A stretch of DNA of 64,000 bases from contig CAZIHS010000002.1 of NCBI GenBank assembly GCA_964538765.1, positions 1,327 to 65,326 of the forward strand, given 5' to 3'. Below, piece by piece: positions 40,249 to 50,517 of this stretch. How positions within the stretch are numbered: position 1 is the first letter of the stretch; each line of letters starts with the position of its first letter. The stretch is from an uncultured Gammaproteobacteria bacterium. GTDB lineage: Bacteria; Patescibacteriota; Microgenomatia; UBA12405. The position numbers and the translations under genes are program-made. The notes beneath the pieces are model-generated. The model was not told where the DNA came from, ran no database searches, and worked only from the letters and a program-made list of their open reading frames with translations.

Positions 40249-41501
40249 TCAATAAGCCCAAATACTATATAATCGCCATAACCATAGGCTATTGTGTCTC
40301 TAAGTTTAATCCAGTCAAGCACTTTTACCCCTTTCCCCTCTAATATGCTCTGCCAGTTATCATCAAAACTATTACCACTGTGCCTTCCAATAAACTCACC
40401 CACAAACCCGATATATACACCTCTGCTTACGTCTCCATCATTTTTCATATCAAAACCAGCAACACGAACACCGCTGCAGTTTGCAATATAGTATCGACAA
40501 AAACTCTCTCCCTTTCCAAGTCTTCCCGAAACCGTTATCTCCCCGGGTACTAAAGATTTTGCCTCTATAGCTTTTTCAAACATATACCGGTAAGCAAGCG
40601 GACGATTATCAAGCCAATGGTCTGGTCGGCTAGTCAGATCAAAATAAAAGGCCTGAAACCCGTAAACATAAAGAAATAATGTTAACAATCCAAACGACCG
40701 GCCAGACATGTTTCGCAAATACAATGAACTTGTATATGCAACCAGCCAAAGCGTCAGGCTGTGCCGGTTCCACCACTCACTACCGCCTACCAAATAGTTA
40801 ATTAATGCCACTGTCATTAAAAACAAAACTAGTTTGACTTCTTTTTCACTTTTCCGTACGTAAACGATTGCCAAAATTAGCCAAAATACTGCCGGCCAAA
40901 ATAAAATCGGCATCTCTTTTTTCATGTTCGGATGTATTTCAGCAAAATAAATATCTTCCAGGCTAAAAAATGACATCACCTCCTTGATTTCGTCCCTAAT
41001 GATCAAACCGTACTTGTTATTCGCTACTCTTCTAAAAATCATTGGTAGTCTAATCCTGTTGTCAATTTCATCCTCACGACTAAATCTCTCAATCGCAATT
41101 ATTTGAGCCCTTTTTAAAGAAAGATTATCCAAAATAACCGGTTTGGCTCCGTCCCTGTAATATTGACCAAAAAAATATAAAATCATAATGGCGAAAAGAG
41201 CGGTAATTAGCAAATATGTTCTATTTTTATATTTATTAGAAACCAGCCAAAAAATAAAGGCAAAAATAAGCCATTTTATGGCTTCAACGGGATAACACCA
41301 CCCTATTACAAAACTGACCGGAGAGGAAATGATAAGCAGAATCGAAAATAATGCCACCTTTCGATCGTATTTAAGTGTTCGGTAAGTCAAAAACAGCACC
41401 AGACACAATAACCCAAGCGTAACTAACCTTACAAAAGACGTACCTCCCCAAAGCTGATAAGCAGTTGGCGGATAGTTCCACCATCCTATTTGACCACTCA
41501 C
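40245..41501 (-). CDS. Hypothetical polytopic membrane protein with C-terminal soluble domain
   Basis: 418 aa. Several N-terminal TM helices and a roughly 150 aa C-terminal non-hydrophobic domain. No family recognised. Co-directional with 38581. Confidence 0.35.
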   Translation of the reverse strand: MSGQIGWWNYPPTAYQLWGGTSFVRLVTLGLLCLVLFLTYRTLKYDRKVALFSILLIISSPVSFVIGWCYPVEAIKWLIFAFIFWLVSNKYKNRTYLLITALFAIMILYFFGQYYRDGAKPVILDNLSLKRAQIIAIERFSREDEIDNRIRLPMIFRRVANNKYGLIIRDEIKEVMSFFSLEDIYFAEIHPNMKKEMPILFWPAVFWLILAIVYVRKSEKEVKLVLFLMTVALINYLVGGSEWWNRHSLTLWLVAYTSSLYLRNMSGRSFGLLTLFLYVYGFQAFYFDLTSRPDHWLDNRPLAYRYMFEKAIEAKSLVPGEITVSGRLGKGESFCRYYIANCSGVRVAGFDMKNDGDVSRGVYIGFVGEFIGRHSGNSFDDNWQSILEGKGVKVLDWIKLRDTIAYGYGDYIVFGLIE

Positions 41502-41546
41502 CGACCTATTATAAACCTCCTGCCAAAAGTATAAAATACCTCTATA

Positions 41547-43187
41547 ATGCCTCGAACGCTGACTTTGGCCTTGATTGTTGTAATCGCCTTATTTATCCGA
41601 ACCTTTAATCTTTCCTCAATCCCTCCGGCTCTTTTTTCAGACGAAATCGATGCCGGCTATCAGGCCATGGTGTTTAACCGCTTTGGTTCAGACTATTTCG
41701 GAAACAAGTTTCCGGTTCATTTCCATTCTTTTTCCGACTGGCGAACCCCGCTTTACATATATTCTGTTGCCATTTTTCAAAAAATCGGTTTCAGCCCCGA
41801 AACCTCTATCAGGCTACCATCAGTGTTTTATAGTCTGCCGTGCCTGTTGTTTTTATATTTATTAACCAAATCATTAATTCCTCCGTTTATGTTTTCTTTA
41901 TCACCGTGGGCTGTTCACTACGGTCGAACAGGCTTTGAAGTCAGTGGTATGCTTTTTTGTCAAATAGCCTCGATAGTTTTTCTGCAAAATGGTTTAAAAA
42001 ATCGCTCTACTATTAAGCTTGCCGTCAGCCAACTTCTCCTAATATCATCTATCTATTTTTATAGCACTGCCAAACTCTTTGTTCCGTTTATTATACTTGC
42101 CGAAATTTATATCTACAGGCAGGCCCTGCGCAAATTTAGCAATAAAAGTCTTTTTATTGTTGGCCTCATTAGCCTGGTATTCATAGTCCCGCTAGTAAGA
42201 GACACCCTTCTTCGCCGAACCGGTTTTCGTTTTTCATACATCAGCATTATTACCGACCCGCAAGTTAAAAATCAGGTTGATTATCAACGTTATCAGGACA
42301 TTATCCTAAGCCATCAAAATCAAATTGGCGTAAGCCCTACTATATTTTCAAAAATAATTCATAACCGTTACACAAAAATTATCCAAACATTCCTGTTAAA
42401 CTACACCTCCTCTTTTTCTACTCAATTCCTGATTACAACCGGCGACACCAACCTTCGCCATGGTTTTGGAAACCGCGGCTATCTATACATCATCGACTTA
42501 TTACTTATAGCAACGGCAATTTTTACAATTTATAGATCACCCTCAAAGTTGTCCCTACTGTTCCTTATTTCACTTATTATTGCCCCCATCCCCTTTTCGC
42601 TTACCCGTGATTCAACTTCTCCTCATGCCACGAGATTAATTCTGATGCTTCCATCCTTAATATACCTTTCATACTTCGGCTTTGCCAAACTAGTTTCCCG
42701 TTATCAAATATTGGGGCCATTAATTATTATCGTGTATACAACCTCTTTTCTCCTGTTTTGGCACGATTATCAACTTCATTACCCTTTGGTATCGGCCCGA
42801 TATTGGCATTATGGTATTAAAGAGGCCGTTTTAGCCGCCACCCAAAATAATCCTTCTTCAATATATTTTTCAAACTCAGCCGAACCCTTTTTGCCATTCT
42901 TTCTTTTCTACCACCGCTATCTTCCTGCCTCATCAAAAGGAAACATTGCCTCGCAATTAACCAGCTACCGCGATAGCCGGTTTGACGGAAAGCAACTAGA
43001 AAGTAAGTACTATTTTGGCAATTTCACCTCAAACCTTACTGGTTTCCCTCCGGGCTCCTTACTTGTCCTGCCCCGGCTTGAGTATTATTCCAATCAAAAT
43101 TTTGCCTCTTTTAAAATCGTCCACCAAACACCTTTAAAATACCCTGAACAAGATCAGTTTTTTGTTTTAAATCCAAATGAAACATAA
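41547..43187 (+). CDS. PMT_2/ArnT-like GT-C glycosyltransferase
   Basis: 'IPPALFSDEIDAGYQAMVF...IRLPSVFY' loop motif, multi-TM. Confidence 0.65.
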   Translation: MPRTLTLALIVVIALFIRTFNLSSIPPALFSDEIDAGYQAMVFNRFGSDYFGNKFPVHFHSFSDWRTPLYIYSVAIFQKIGFSPETSIRLPSVFYSLPCLLFLYLLTKSLIPPFMFSLSPWAVHYGRTGFEVSGMLFCQIASIVFLQNGLKNRSTIKLAVSQLLLISSIYFYSTAKLFVPFIILAEIYIYRQALRKFSNKSLFIVGLISLVFIVPLVRDTLLRRTGFRFSYISIITDPQVKNQVDYQRYQDIILSHQNQIGVSPTIFSKIIHNRYTKIIQTFLLNYTSSFSTQFLITTGDTNLRHGFGNRGYLYIIDLLLIATAIFTIYRSPSKLSLLFLISLIIAPIPFSLTRDSTSPHATRLILMLPSLIYLSYFGFAKLVSRYQILGPLIIIVYTTSFLLFWHDYQLHYPLVSARYWHYGIKEAVLAATQNNPSSIYFSNSAEPFLPFFLFYHRYLPASSKGNIASQLTSYRDSRFDGKQLESKYYFGNFTSNLTGFPPGSLLVLPRLEYYSNQNFASFKIVHQTPLKYPEQDQFFVLNPNET

Positions 43188-44886
43188 ATTTTTTAAAGGA
43201 TATTTGGTAACTCTTGCGTTGTTTTTACTTTTTATATTTTCTTCCTGGCGGCTACTTCGGCCGGGATACTATTCGATGCAAGACGACATCCATGTTTTCC
43301 GGCTTTGGCAGTATCACCAATGTTTTAAGGACCATCAACTGCCATGCCGGTATGTTCCCGACGCTGGTTTTGGATACGGATATCCTCTGTTTAATTTTTA
43401 TTCACCGTTTTTCTATCAGGGCAGCCATCTTTTTTACCTTCTCGGCTTCTCACTTATTAATAGCATCAAAATTATGGTGGTTACTTCCAATGCCCTAATG
43501 GTCATCGGCATCTTTCTTTTAGCCGGCTTTCTATTTAACACCCCCGCCGCTGTTATTGTTTCGGCACTTTACACTTTAGCCCCCTACCACGCCCTTAACG
43601 TTTACGTACGTGGCGCCTTCTCTGAAAACCTGTCGCTCTCAATTCTGCCTATTTTAATTTATCTGACCCTGAAGTTTATCAAAATCACTTCCTTTTCAAC
43701 CGGCATCATCTTTACACTCTTCTTCACAACATATTTACTATCACACAACCTTTCAATAATTTATGGTCTACCCCTAATAGTTCTGTTCATAATAGTAATT
43801 TACTATAAACAGCCAGACCTAAAAAAAAGACTAATTAAATTTTCTATTTTCCCCATAATCTCGTTAGGAATTTCCTCATACTTTCTTATACCGGCAATTT
43901 TTGAAAAACGATTTACCACAGTTACAACCATGACCCAGGGGTATTTCAGCTTTATAAACCACTTCGTAACTCTTAAGCAGTTATTTACAGATCGAAACTG
44001 GAGTTATGGCGCCTCTCTTTGGGGTCCCAACGACGACATGTCTTTTCAAGTTGGAATTATTCATTGGATTGTCCCATTAATTTTTCTTCTAATTTTAACT
44101 GTAAAATATCTTACATCAAAAAATATTTCCTTTCCGTTTCATCAAGACCGTCTGGCATTATACCTATGCCTGATATCAATCCTGTTTATGTTTCTTACCC
44201 ACAACAGGTCAACTCCTCTTTGGCAATTGTTTCCCTTTATGCCATATTTTCAATTTCCCTGGCGCTTCTTAGGCCCTCTTTCCTTAACCCTGTCTTTGCT
44301 ATCCGGATATCTCTACTACCGGCTATTTTCATCCCATCCTCACCCAGTGACTATCTTGGTAATAATCATATCTTTGGTCACTTATCTAAACCTGCCATAT
44401 TTTAAAGAAGACATTTGGTATCCGGGTTACACCGATAAAGACAGGCTGACACCCTCTGAAATAGTTCGCCAAAGTGGGGCAGGTTTAAAAGATTACTGGC
44501 CAAACTATGGCACCAAGTTTCCGGATACTTATTCAAACAATACTCCTAAAATAGAAGCGGGAAAAGTCAAAACACTCGATTTTAAGAAAAATTCAACATC
44601 AGCAACCGCCTCCTTTCTTGTTATTTCTGATTCAGCCACTATTGTCTTGCCAGTTGTATTTTTTCCTAAAATGTCAACCTATGTTGACGGCAAACCAATT
44701 CAATTCTTCATCGACCCAGAGTATGGACTTATCAAAGTTAACCTTCCCAACGGCTCCCATCAATTGCTAGTTGAACTAAAAAATACCCCGGTTCGAATTT
44801 TTTCTAATATTATCTCCGGATTAAGTTTAATTGCCCTTTTCTGGCTAATACTATCCCACTCTATTCGAAAAGAATTCCGCCTATGA
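43177..44886 (+). CDS. YfhO-like GT-C-type polytopic membrane protein (paralog of 23219)
   Basis: 'SMQDDIHVFRLWQYHQCFKDHQLPCRYVPDAGFGYGYPLFNFY' is colinear with the 23219 protein, and the two share motifs along their whole length. Confidence 0.5.
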   Translation: MKHKFFKGYLVTLALFLLFIFSSWRLLRPGYYSMQDDIHVFRLWQYHQCFKDHQLPCRYVPDAGFGYGYPLFNFYSPFFYQGSHLFYLLGFSLINSIKIMVVTSNALMVIGIFLLAGFLFNTPAAVIVSALYTLAPYHALNVYVRGAFSENLSLSILPILIYLTLKFIKITSFSTGIIFTLFFTTYLLSHNLSIIYGLPLIVLFIIVIYYKQPDLKKRLIKFSIFPIISLGISSYFLIPAIFEKRFTTVTTMTQGYFSFINHFVTLKQLFTDRNWSYGASLWGPNDDMSFQVGIIHWIVPLIFLLILTVKYLTSKNISFPFHQDRLALYLCLISILFMFLTHNRSTPLWQLFPFMPYFQFPWRFLGPLSLTLSLLSGYLYYRLFSSHPHPVTILVIIISLVTYLNLPYFKEDIWYPGYTDKDRLTPSEIVRQSGAGLKDYWPNYGTKFPDTYSNNTPKIEAGKVKTLDFKKNSTSATASFLVISDSATIVLPVVFFPKMSTYVDGKPIQFFIDPEYGLIKVNLPNGSHQLLVELKNTPVRIFSNIISGLSLIALFWLILSHSIRKEFRL

Positions 44887-46490
44887 CAAAATTTTATCAA
44901 AAATTCCTGTTTATTCTAATCCTTTTTCTTGCAATATTTCTGCGGTTTTACCGCCTTGGCTCGCTGATGCCATCCCTAAATTGGGACGAAATATCTCACG
45001 GTTATAACGCCTACAGCCTGCTTAAAACCGGAAAAGACCAATGGAACCAACCCTTTCCAGTATTTAACTTTCGTGCCTATGGAGACTACCCGATGGCCGC
45101 GAATCTCTACCTAACCCTTCCCTTTATTAAAGTTTTCGGTCTAAACAATTATTCTGTGCGACTACCCTCCGCGGTCCTTGGCTCCATATTCGTAGTTATA
45201 ATTTACCTGTTTGTCTACAAGGTAACTCGAAACCAGCTGCTTTCCTTGGTTATTATGACTGCTTCTGCCATCATTCCATGGACTCTATTTCCTTCAAGAG
45301 CGGTTTTTCAATCAAACCTGGCTCAGTTGTTTTTACTGCTCAGCTTACTGCTCCTGATTATTTCTAGGTCAAAAATACGGTTCTTTCCCTTTTCAATATT
45401 ATTCCTGGTTGTCTCAAGCTATTGTTATCACAACACCCGTTTTTTAAGTCCGTTTTTAATAGTCGCTTACTTCACCCATTATTGTTACTACCACCATCAT
45501 CTTCAAAATTTTAAAAAAATTCTATTAACATCGTCGCTAATACTGCTCCTTTACCTCCCAAATTTTTTTAATATCTTTCAACCTGAAAGCTGGGCTCGGA
45601 CTCAATGGGTTGGAGTTCTTGGCCAAAACTCCATCAATATTATCAACGAAAAAAGACGCCTTTTTAACGGACCACAATTTGTTAGCCGCATCGTCTACAA
45701 CAAAGCTTCATTCCTGGGCAATGTACTGGTAAAAAACTATCTTAGCTTTTTTAATCCTTCCTATATATTTTTCAGAGGCAGTCAAAATTACCAGTTTAAC
45801 CCGCCCCAAACCCCGTTAATATTTTCAGTATTTCTCCCGTTCTTTTATATTGGAATTTACCCGTTACTTAAAAAATATCCTTTCCTGTTTTTTATGTGGA
45901 TGCTTACGCTTCTGCCGGCAGCTCTCACAATTGGCGACTATCCCTCAATAAGGATGACAATAGCTGTTCCATTTTATCTTTTATCTATTGCTCTCGGTAT
46001 TTCAGCCACAATAAAAGTTCTAAAAAGCTCATATCCTGCATACCTGTTTATTGTTATCGTTTCTCTAATTCAACTTAACTTCTGGTGGCAACGCTATTCC
46101 ACAGATTACGCAACAAACTATTCTCAAGCGTGGCAATATGGCTACCAGCCGGCTGTCGACTATATCAGAGCTGTATATAAAAAATACGACCATGTTGTCT
46201 TTACTAAAAAATATGGTGAACCGCACCAATTTATTTTATTTTATTGGCCATGGGAACCTGCCATCTACCAGTCGTCTCCTGTTTTGTGGGATTTTCATTC
46301 TGGATGGTACTGGGTAAACTCATTTGATAAGTTTACTTTTATAGACGACTGGCAAATAAAAGATCAGACATTTTATCCCAAAACGCTCCTGATTACCTCG
46401 CCTGACAATGTTCCAAATATCAATTTAACTAAACTGAAAACCATATATTATCCAAACAGCAAACCCGTATTCGAAATATATGAAAACTAA
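44883..46490 (+). CDS. PMT_2/ArnT-like GT-C glycosyltransferase (tandem paralog 1)
   Basis: 'SLNWDEISHGYNAYSLLKTGKDQW...YSVRLPSAVLGS' loop motif, multi-TM. Confidence 0.7.
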   Translation: MTKFYQKFLFILILFLAIFLRFYRLGSLMPSLNWDEISHGYNAYSLLKTGKDQWNQPFPVFNFRAYGDYPMAANLYLTLPFIKVFGLNNYSVRLPSAVLGSIFVVIIYLFVYKVTRNQLLSLVIMTASAIIPWTLFPSRAVFQSNLAQLFLLLSLLLLIISRSKIRFFPFSILFLVVSSYCYHNTRFLSPFLIVAYFTHYCYYHHHLQNFKKILLTSSLILLLYLPNFFNIFQPESWARTQWVGVLGQNSINIINEKRRLFNGPQFVSRIVYNKASFLGNVLVKNYLSFFNPSYIFFRGSQNYQFNPPQTPLIFSVFLPFFYIGIYPLLKKYPFLFFMWMLTLLPAALTIGDYPSIRMTIAVPFYLLSIALGISATIKVLKSSYPAYLFIVIVSLIQLNFWWQRYSTDYATNYSQAWQYGYQPAVDYIRAVYKKYDHVVFTKKYGEPHQFILFYWPWEPAIYQSSPVLWDFHSGWYWVNSFDKFTFIDDWQIKDQTFYPKTLLITSPDNVPNINLTKLKTIYYPNSKPVFEIYEN

Positions 46491-48132
46491 ACATAAAACC
46501 ACTCTCTTGCTGATTATCATTACTATTATTTCACTAATATTAAGATTGCACTCACTAAACTCATATCCGCCTCTTCTCTGGGACGAAGCCTCACTTGGAT
46601 ACAATGCCTACTCAATATTAACTACCGGAAAGGACGAACATGGCGCTGTTTTACCTATATTTTTTAAATCATTTGGTGACTACAAGCCTGGTCTATATGT
46701 ATATTTAACTATCCCGTTTGTCTATATTTTCGGTCTAAACACTTTATCAGTAAGACTCCCCTCAGCTCTACTTGGATCACTCCTTCCGCTTGTGTTCTAC
46801 TTATTGGTCAAACGCCTCACCGGCAATAGAAAACTATCTTTAATTTGCGCCTTAGTTTTAGCTTTTAACCCCTACAACCTTCATTATTCAAAAGGAGCCT
46901 GGGAAACAAACCTTTTATTATTCGAGCTGTGCCTTGCCTCATTACTCTACTACCATAATAAATATAATCTGGCCGCGGTTATTCTCGGCCTAACAATATA
47001 TTCATACCAAAGCGGAAAAATATTTAGCCTGATCCTCATCCTGGTCATATTTCTATCAAAACTATCCAGCATTAAAAATAATAAGCCGGCCGTCAAAGCA
47101 TTACTCCAAGTTTTCCCGGCCAGCTTTATGTTAATATTTCTGACTTTCTCCATTCCGGCAATTTTGGGGCTTATCTTTTCCCCTCAGGGGGACCGTTTGA
47201 AAGTCTTAAGCCTGTTTTCCTACCATCGGAGTATTCAGGAAACCGCTGAAATAAAAAAGGAATCTTTTGGACCTCTTGACTACAATTTATTTCACTCTGA
47301 AGCGATTTATTTTCTAAGGAATTTTATTCTGCGATACTTTAACAACTTTAGCCCGAAATTTCTAATTTTTGAAGGAGACTGGCAAAACCCCCGGCACAGT
47401 GCCCCCTACGCCGGCGTAATATTAATCCCTTCGTTTGCATTTCTAATAATCGGTCTTTTCGTTCGAAAAACAGTAAAAAGCACCAAAGCTTTCATATTTT
47501 TCATTCTTCTGCTTTTGCTTTCACCAATCCCGGCTTCTCTCACCCGTGATACTATCCAAGCCACCCGAAGCTTACCATTTTCCCTTCCACTGGTATATTT
47601 TACCTCACTCGGGTTATACCAGGCACTAAAACTGTGCCAAAAGCTCCTGATGTTACCAAGATATTTCTCTTTCGCCCTGGTATGCATTATCTACCTGTTC
47701 GCATTTATATATTATCAAGACTTATATTATAGCCATATGATTAAAAAGTCGCCAAAGGACTGGTTGTATGGTTACCAACAGGCCATCGAATACATTAAAC
47801 ACAACCGCATTCCAGAAACCAAAGTATACTTAACCAACTTTTACGGACAGCCCTACATATTTTACCTGTTTTTTAACAAATTCCCCCCAACTTTATATCA
47901 ACAGCAATCAAAGCTGATTTCAACCGGTCCGGATGTTGGACAAATTTATTCGATTAAAAGTGACAACATAATTTTTACCAGTCCCGATTTTAATAACCTT
48001 AAATATCAACCAAATACCCTGATCGTCATCTCGGACGACGAGGTTTTAAGGCAGGGGATAGACAAAAACCTGCTAACCCCGCTTTCCCAGATCGGCGGAA
48101 TTTCAACATTTTATGGCTACAAAACATACTAA
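46480..48132 (+). CDS. PMT_2/ArnT-like GT-C glycosyltransferase (tandem paralog 2)
   Basis: 'PLLWDEASLGYNAYSILTTGKDEHG...LSVRLPSALLGS' loop motif, multi-TM. Confidence 0.7.
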   Translation: MKTKHKTTLLLIIITIISLILRLHSLNSYPPLLWDEASLGYNAYSILTTGKDEHGAVLPIFFKSFGDYKPGLYVYLTIPFVYIFGLNTLSVRLPSALLGSLLPLVFYLLVKRLTGNRKLSLICALVLAFNPYNLHYSKGAWETNLLLFELCLASLLYYHNKYNLAAVILGLTIYSYQSGKIFSLILILVIFLSKLSSIKNNKPAVKALLQVFPASFMLIFLTFSIPAILGLIFSPQGDRLKVLSLFSYHRSIQETAEIKKESFGPLDYNLFHSEAIYFLRNFILRYFNNFSPKFLIFEGDWQNPRHSAPYAGVILIPSFAFLIIGLFVRKTVKSTKAFIFFILLLLLSPIPASLTRDTIQATRSLPFSLPLVYFTSLGLYQALKLCQKLLMLPRYFSFALVCIIYLFAFIYYQDLYYSHMIKKSPKDWLYGYQQAIEYIKHNRIPETKVYLTNFYGQPYIFYLFFNKFPPTLYQQQSKLISTGPDVGQIYSIKSDNIIFTSPDFNNLKYQPNTLIVISDDEVLRQGIDKNLLTPLSQIGGISTFYGYKTY

Positions 48133-49735
48133 TATCATTTTATCGATAATACTTTTGCTGGCTCTTGTTATTCGCGGCTGGCATCTCTCCTCCGTTCCAG
48201 CCTTAAATCCTGACGAAGCCTCGCTCGGCTACAATGCTTTTTCAATCATCAACACCTTAAAAGACGAGCATGGTTCACTTCTTCCAATTCATTTTAAATC
48301 CTTTGGTGACTTTAAGCCGGGAGGATATGTTTACCTGTCCATCCCCTTTATTAAAATATTCGGGCTAAATCCTTTGGCCGTAAGACTACCCAATCTGATA
48401 TTTTCTATTCTGGCGATATATATATTCTCCAAACTGATCCTGCTTCTTTCTGCTAACCAAACTTTAGCACTTATCTCCGCCGTCTTTTTATCAATTTCTC
48501 CCTGGCACATTCACTTTTCGCGCGGCGCCTGGGAAAGCAATGTCGCTCTCACTTTAATACTGGTAGCAAACTATTATTTTCTATTATTTGTTCGTCAGTC
48601 TAAAAATCGTTATCTATACTATTCTCTGGCCTTATTTTCAACCTCCCTCTATTTTTATCATTCAGCCCGCATTTTAGCTCCAACCTTACTGCTTTTCTTA
48701 TTAATCTCAAACTACAAAAAACTTGCAGATCATAAAATAACAGTTTTCACGGCTATTGCTTTATTTTTACTAATCGCTGGCCCGGTTACCATATCTTTTA
48801 TTACAAACGGTGGCAGTTCGAGATTTTCAGGAGTTGGCCTGTTGGCTGATCCCGGTCCGCTTTCCCGATCAGAGGAGTTATTAAACCACCACTCAAGTAC
48901 CCTTCTTGGCTACAGAACCATCCACAACCGCCGTTTGCTATACCTGCTATCATGGTCAGAAAAATATCTATCCCATTTCAGTCCCAACTTTTTATTCGTT
49001 ACCGGCGATGAAGTCCCCAGATCAAAATCTCCGGAGGTCGGCCAGCTAAACCTTATCGATTTCCCTTTGATTATAGTCGGCGCCTATATAATTTTTTCCA
49101 CCTCTTCATCTCTTGTTATTAAGAATTTTTATCTTTCCTGGTTCATTCTCGCCCCTTTGGCCTCTTCATTAACATTCCAATCACCGTCCGCACTACGTTC
49201 CCTGCCTCTGGTAATTCCCTTTATTGGGCTTTCTTCCACTGGCTTCTACTACATAGCCACAACCGTTCGGCGCAAAATTCCCGGTCTATTCGAAATCATA
49301 TCAATTATCGCCATTGCCGCCATCGTCTATTTCCATATATATTATTTAGACGCCTATTTTATTCACTCACCAAAAAGGTATCCATTTGCCTGGAACACGT
49401 CTGCCGACAAAATAGTCTCGGTTATAAACCAAAATAAGGATAAATACAATCAAGTATATCTTACAACTAAATATGACCAGCCATACATCCTATATTTATT
49501 TTATAGTCACTATCCACCGGCCCAAATTCAATCTCAAATAAAACTAACCCCAAAAGATCAGTTTGGCTTCTCGACGGTGTCCAAAATTGACAATATCTAT
49601 TTTGAAAAAATCAACTGGTCAAATATCCCGGCCAACTCTTTAGTTATAGCCGCAGACGAACCCGTGCCTCAAGGGCCTGCTAAGGTGCTAAATTTTCCAA
49701 ACGGTTCACCCGGTTATAATATATACATCAAATGA
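48113..49735 (+). CDS. PMT_2/ArnT-like GT-C glycosyltransferase (tandem paralog 3)
   Basis: 'ALNPDEASLGYNAFSIINTLKDEHG...LAVRLPNLIFS' loop motif, multi-TM. Confidence 0.7.
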   Translation: MATKHTNIILSIILLLALVIRGWHLSSVPALNPDEASLGYNAFSIINTLKDEHGSLLPIHFKSFGDFKPGGYVYLSIPFIKIFGLNPLAVRLPNLIFSILAIYIFSKLILLLSANQTLALISAVFLSISPWHIHFSRGAWESNVALTLILVANYYFLLFVRQSKNRYLYYSLALFSTSLYFYHSARILAPTLLLFLLISNYKKLADHKITVFTAIALFLLIAGPVTISFITNGGSSRFSGVGLLADPGPLSRSEELLNHHSSTLLGYRTIHNRRLLYLLSWSEKYLSHFSPNFLFVTGDEVPRSKSPEVGQLNLIDFPLIIVGAYIIFSTSSSLVIKNFYLSWFILAPLASSLTFQSPSALRSLPLVIPFIGLSSTGFYYIATTVRRKIPGLFEIISIIAIAAIVYFHIYYLDAYFIHSPKRYPFAWNTSADKIVSVINQNKDKYNQVYLTTKYDQPYILYLFYSHYPPAQIQSQIKLTPKDQFGFSTVSKIDNIYFEKINWSNIPANSLVIAADEPVPQGPAKVLNFPNGSPGYNIYIK

Positions 49736-50517
49736 ACAAAATAACAAAACAACCTCCCTCCTTATCGGTGGCCATTGCCACCTACAATGAACAAAACAAT
49801 ATCAAGCGCTGCCTTGACAGCGTCAAAATGCTAGCCAGCGAAATCATAATCGTCGACGGTCAATCAACCGACGGCACCATCTCTATTGCCAAAAAATATA
49901 AAAACACCAAAATAATATCTACAACAAATAAGCCAAACTTTCACCTCAACAAACAACTGGCAATAGACAATTGCACCTCAGATTGGATTCTGCAGCTTGA
50001 TGCGGACGAATCAGTTTCGCGAGAGTTAGCAAATGAAATAACAAAAACAATTGCTTCGACTCACCTTGATGGTTTCTGGATAAAACGCAAAAACTTTTTT
50101 CTGGGTAGATTTATCACCAAAGGCGGATTTTATCCTGATCCAACACTAAGGCTGTATCGTCGTGGAAAAGCCAGACTACCCTGTCAAGATGTCCACGAAC
50201 AGGCCGAAGTTAACGGACAAGTGGGTTGGTTGACAAATGATCTTCTCCATTTTTCCGACCCAACTTTCTCTCGCTACCTTCTCAGAAACGACCGGTACAC
50301 CTCTCTAATTGCCACAAAACTTTATGAAAATGGCGTCCGGGCAAATATTTTAAATTTTGTTAAGTATTTTTTTCTAAGGCCGACAATCACCTTTATATCT
50401 ACATATTTTCGACATCGAGGCTATGTTGACGGCTTTCCCGGCTTTGTCTTTTGTTTTTTTTCGGCACTTAGATTTCCAATATCTTTCGTCAAACTATGGG
50501 AACTGTCCAAAACATAA
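49732..50517 (+). CDS. GT2 glycosyltransferase (paralog of 29721/31560)
   Basis: 'LSVAIATYNEQNNI', 'IVDGQSTDGT', 'LQLDADE' and 'GGFYPD' motifs. Confidence 0.75.
   Translation: MNKITKQPPSLSVAIATYNEQNNIKRCLDSVKMLASEIIIVDGQSTDGTISIAKKYKNTKIISTTNKPNFHLNKQLAIDNCTSDWILQLDADESVSRELANEITKTIASTHLDGFWIKRKNFFLGRFITKGGFYPDPTLRLYRRGKARLPCQDVHEQAEVNGQVGWLTNDLLHFSDPTFSRYLLRNDRYTSLIATKLYENGVRANILNFVKYFFLRPTITFISTYFRHRGYVDGFPGFVFCFFSALRFPISFVKLWELSKT

Noticed and set aside
36860-49735. Repeated about 1.6 kb units considered as CRISPR, mobile-element or assembly repeats
   Set aside because: The repeats are diverged protein-coding paralogs, similar at the amino-acid level but not identical at the DNA level. 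There are no short direct repeats or spacers and no transposase or integrase. It is not a CRISPR array or an IS element.
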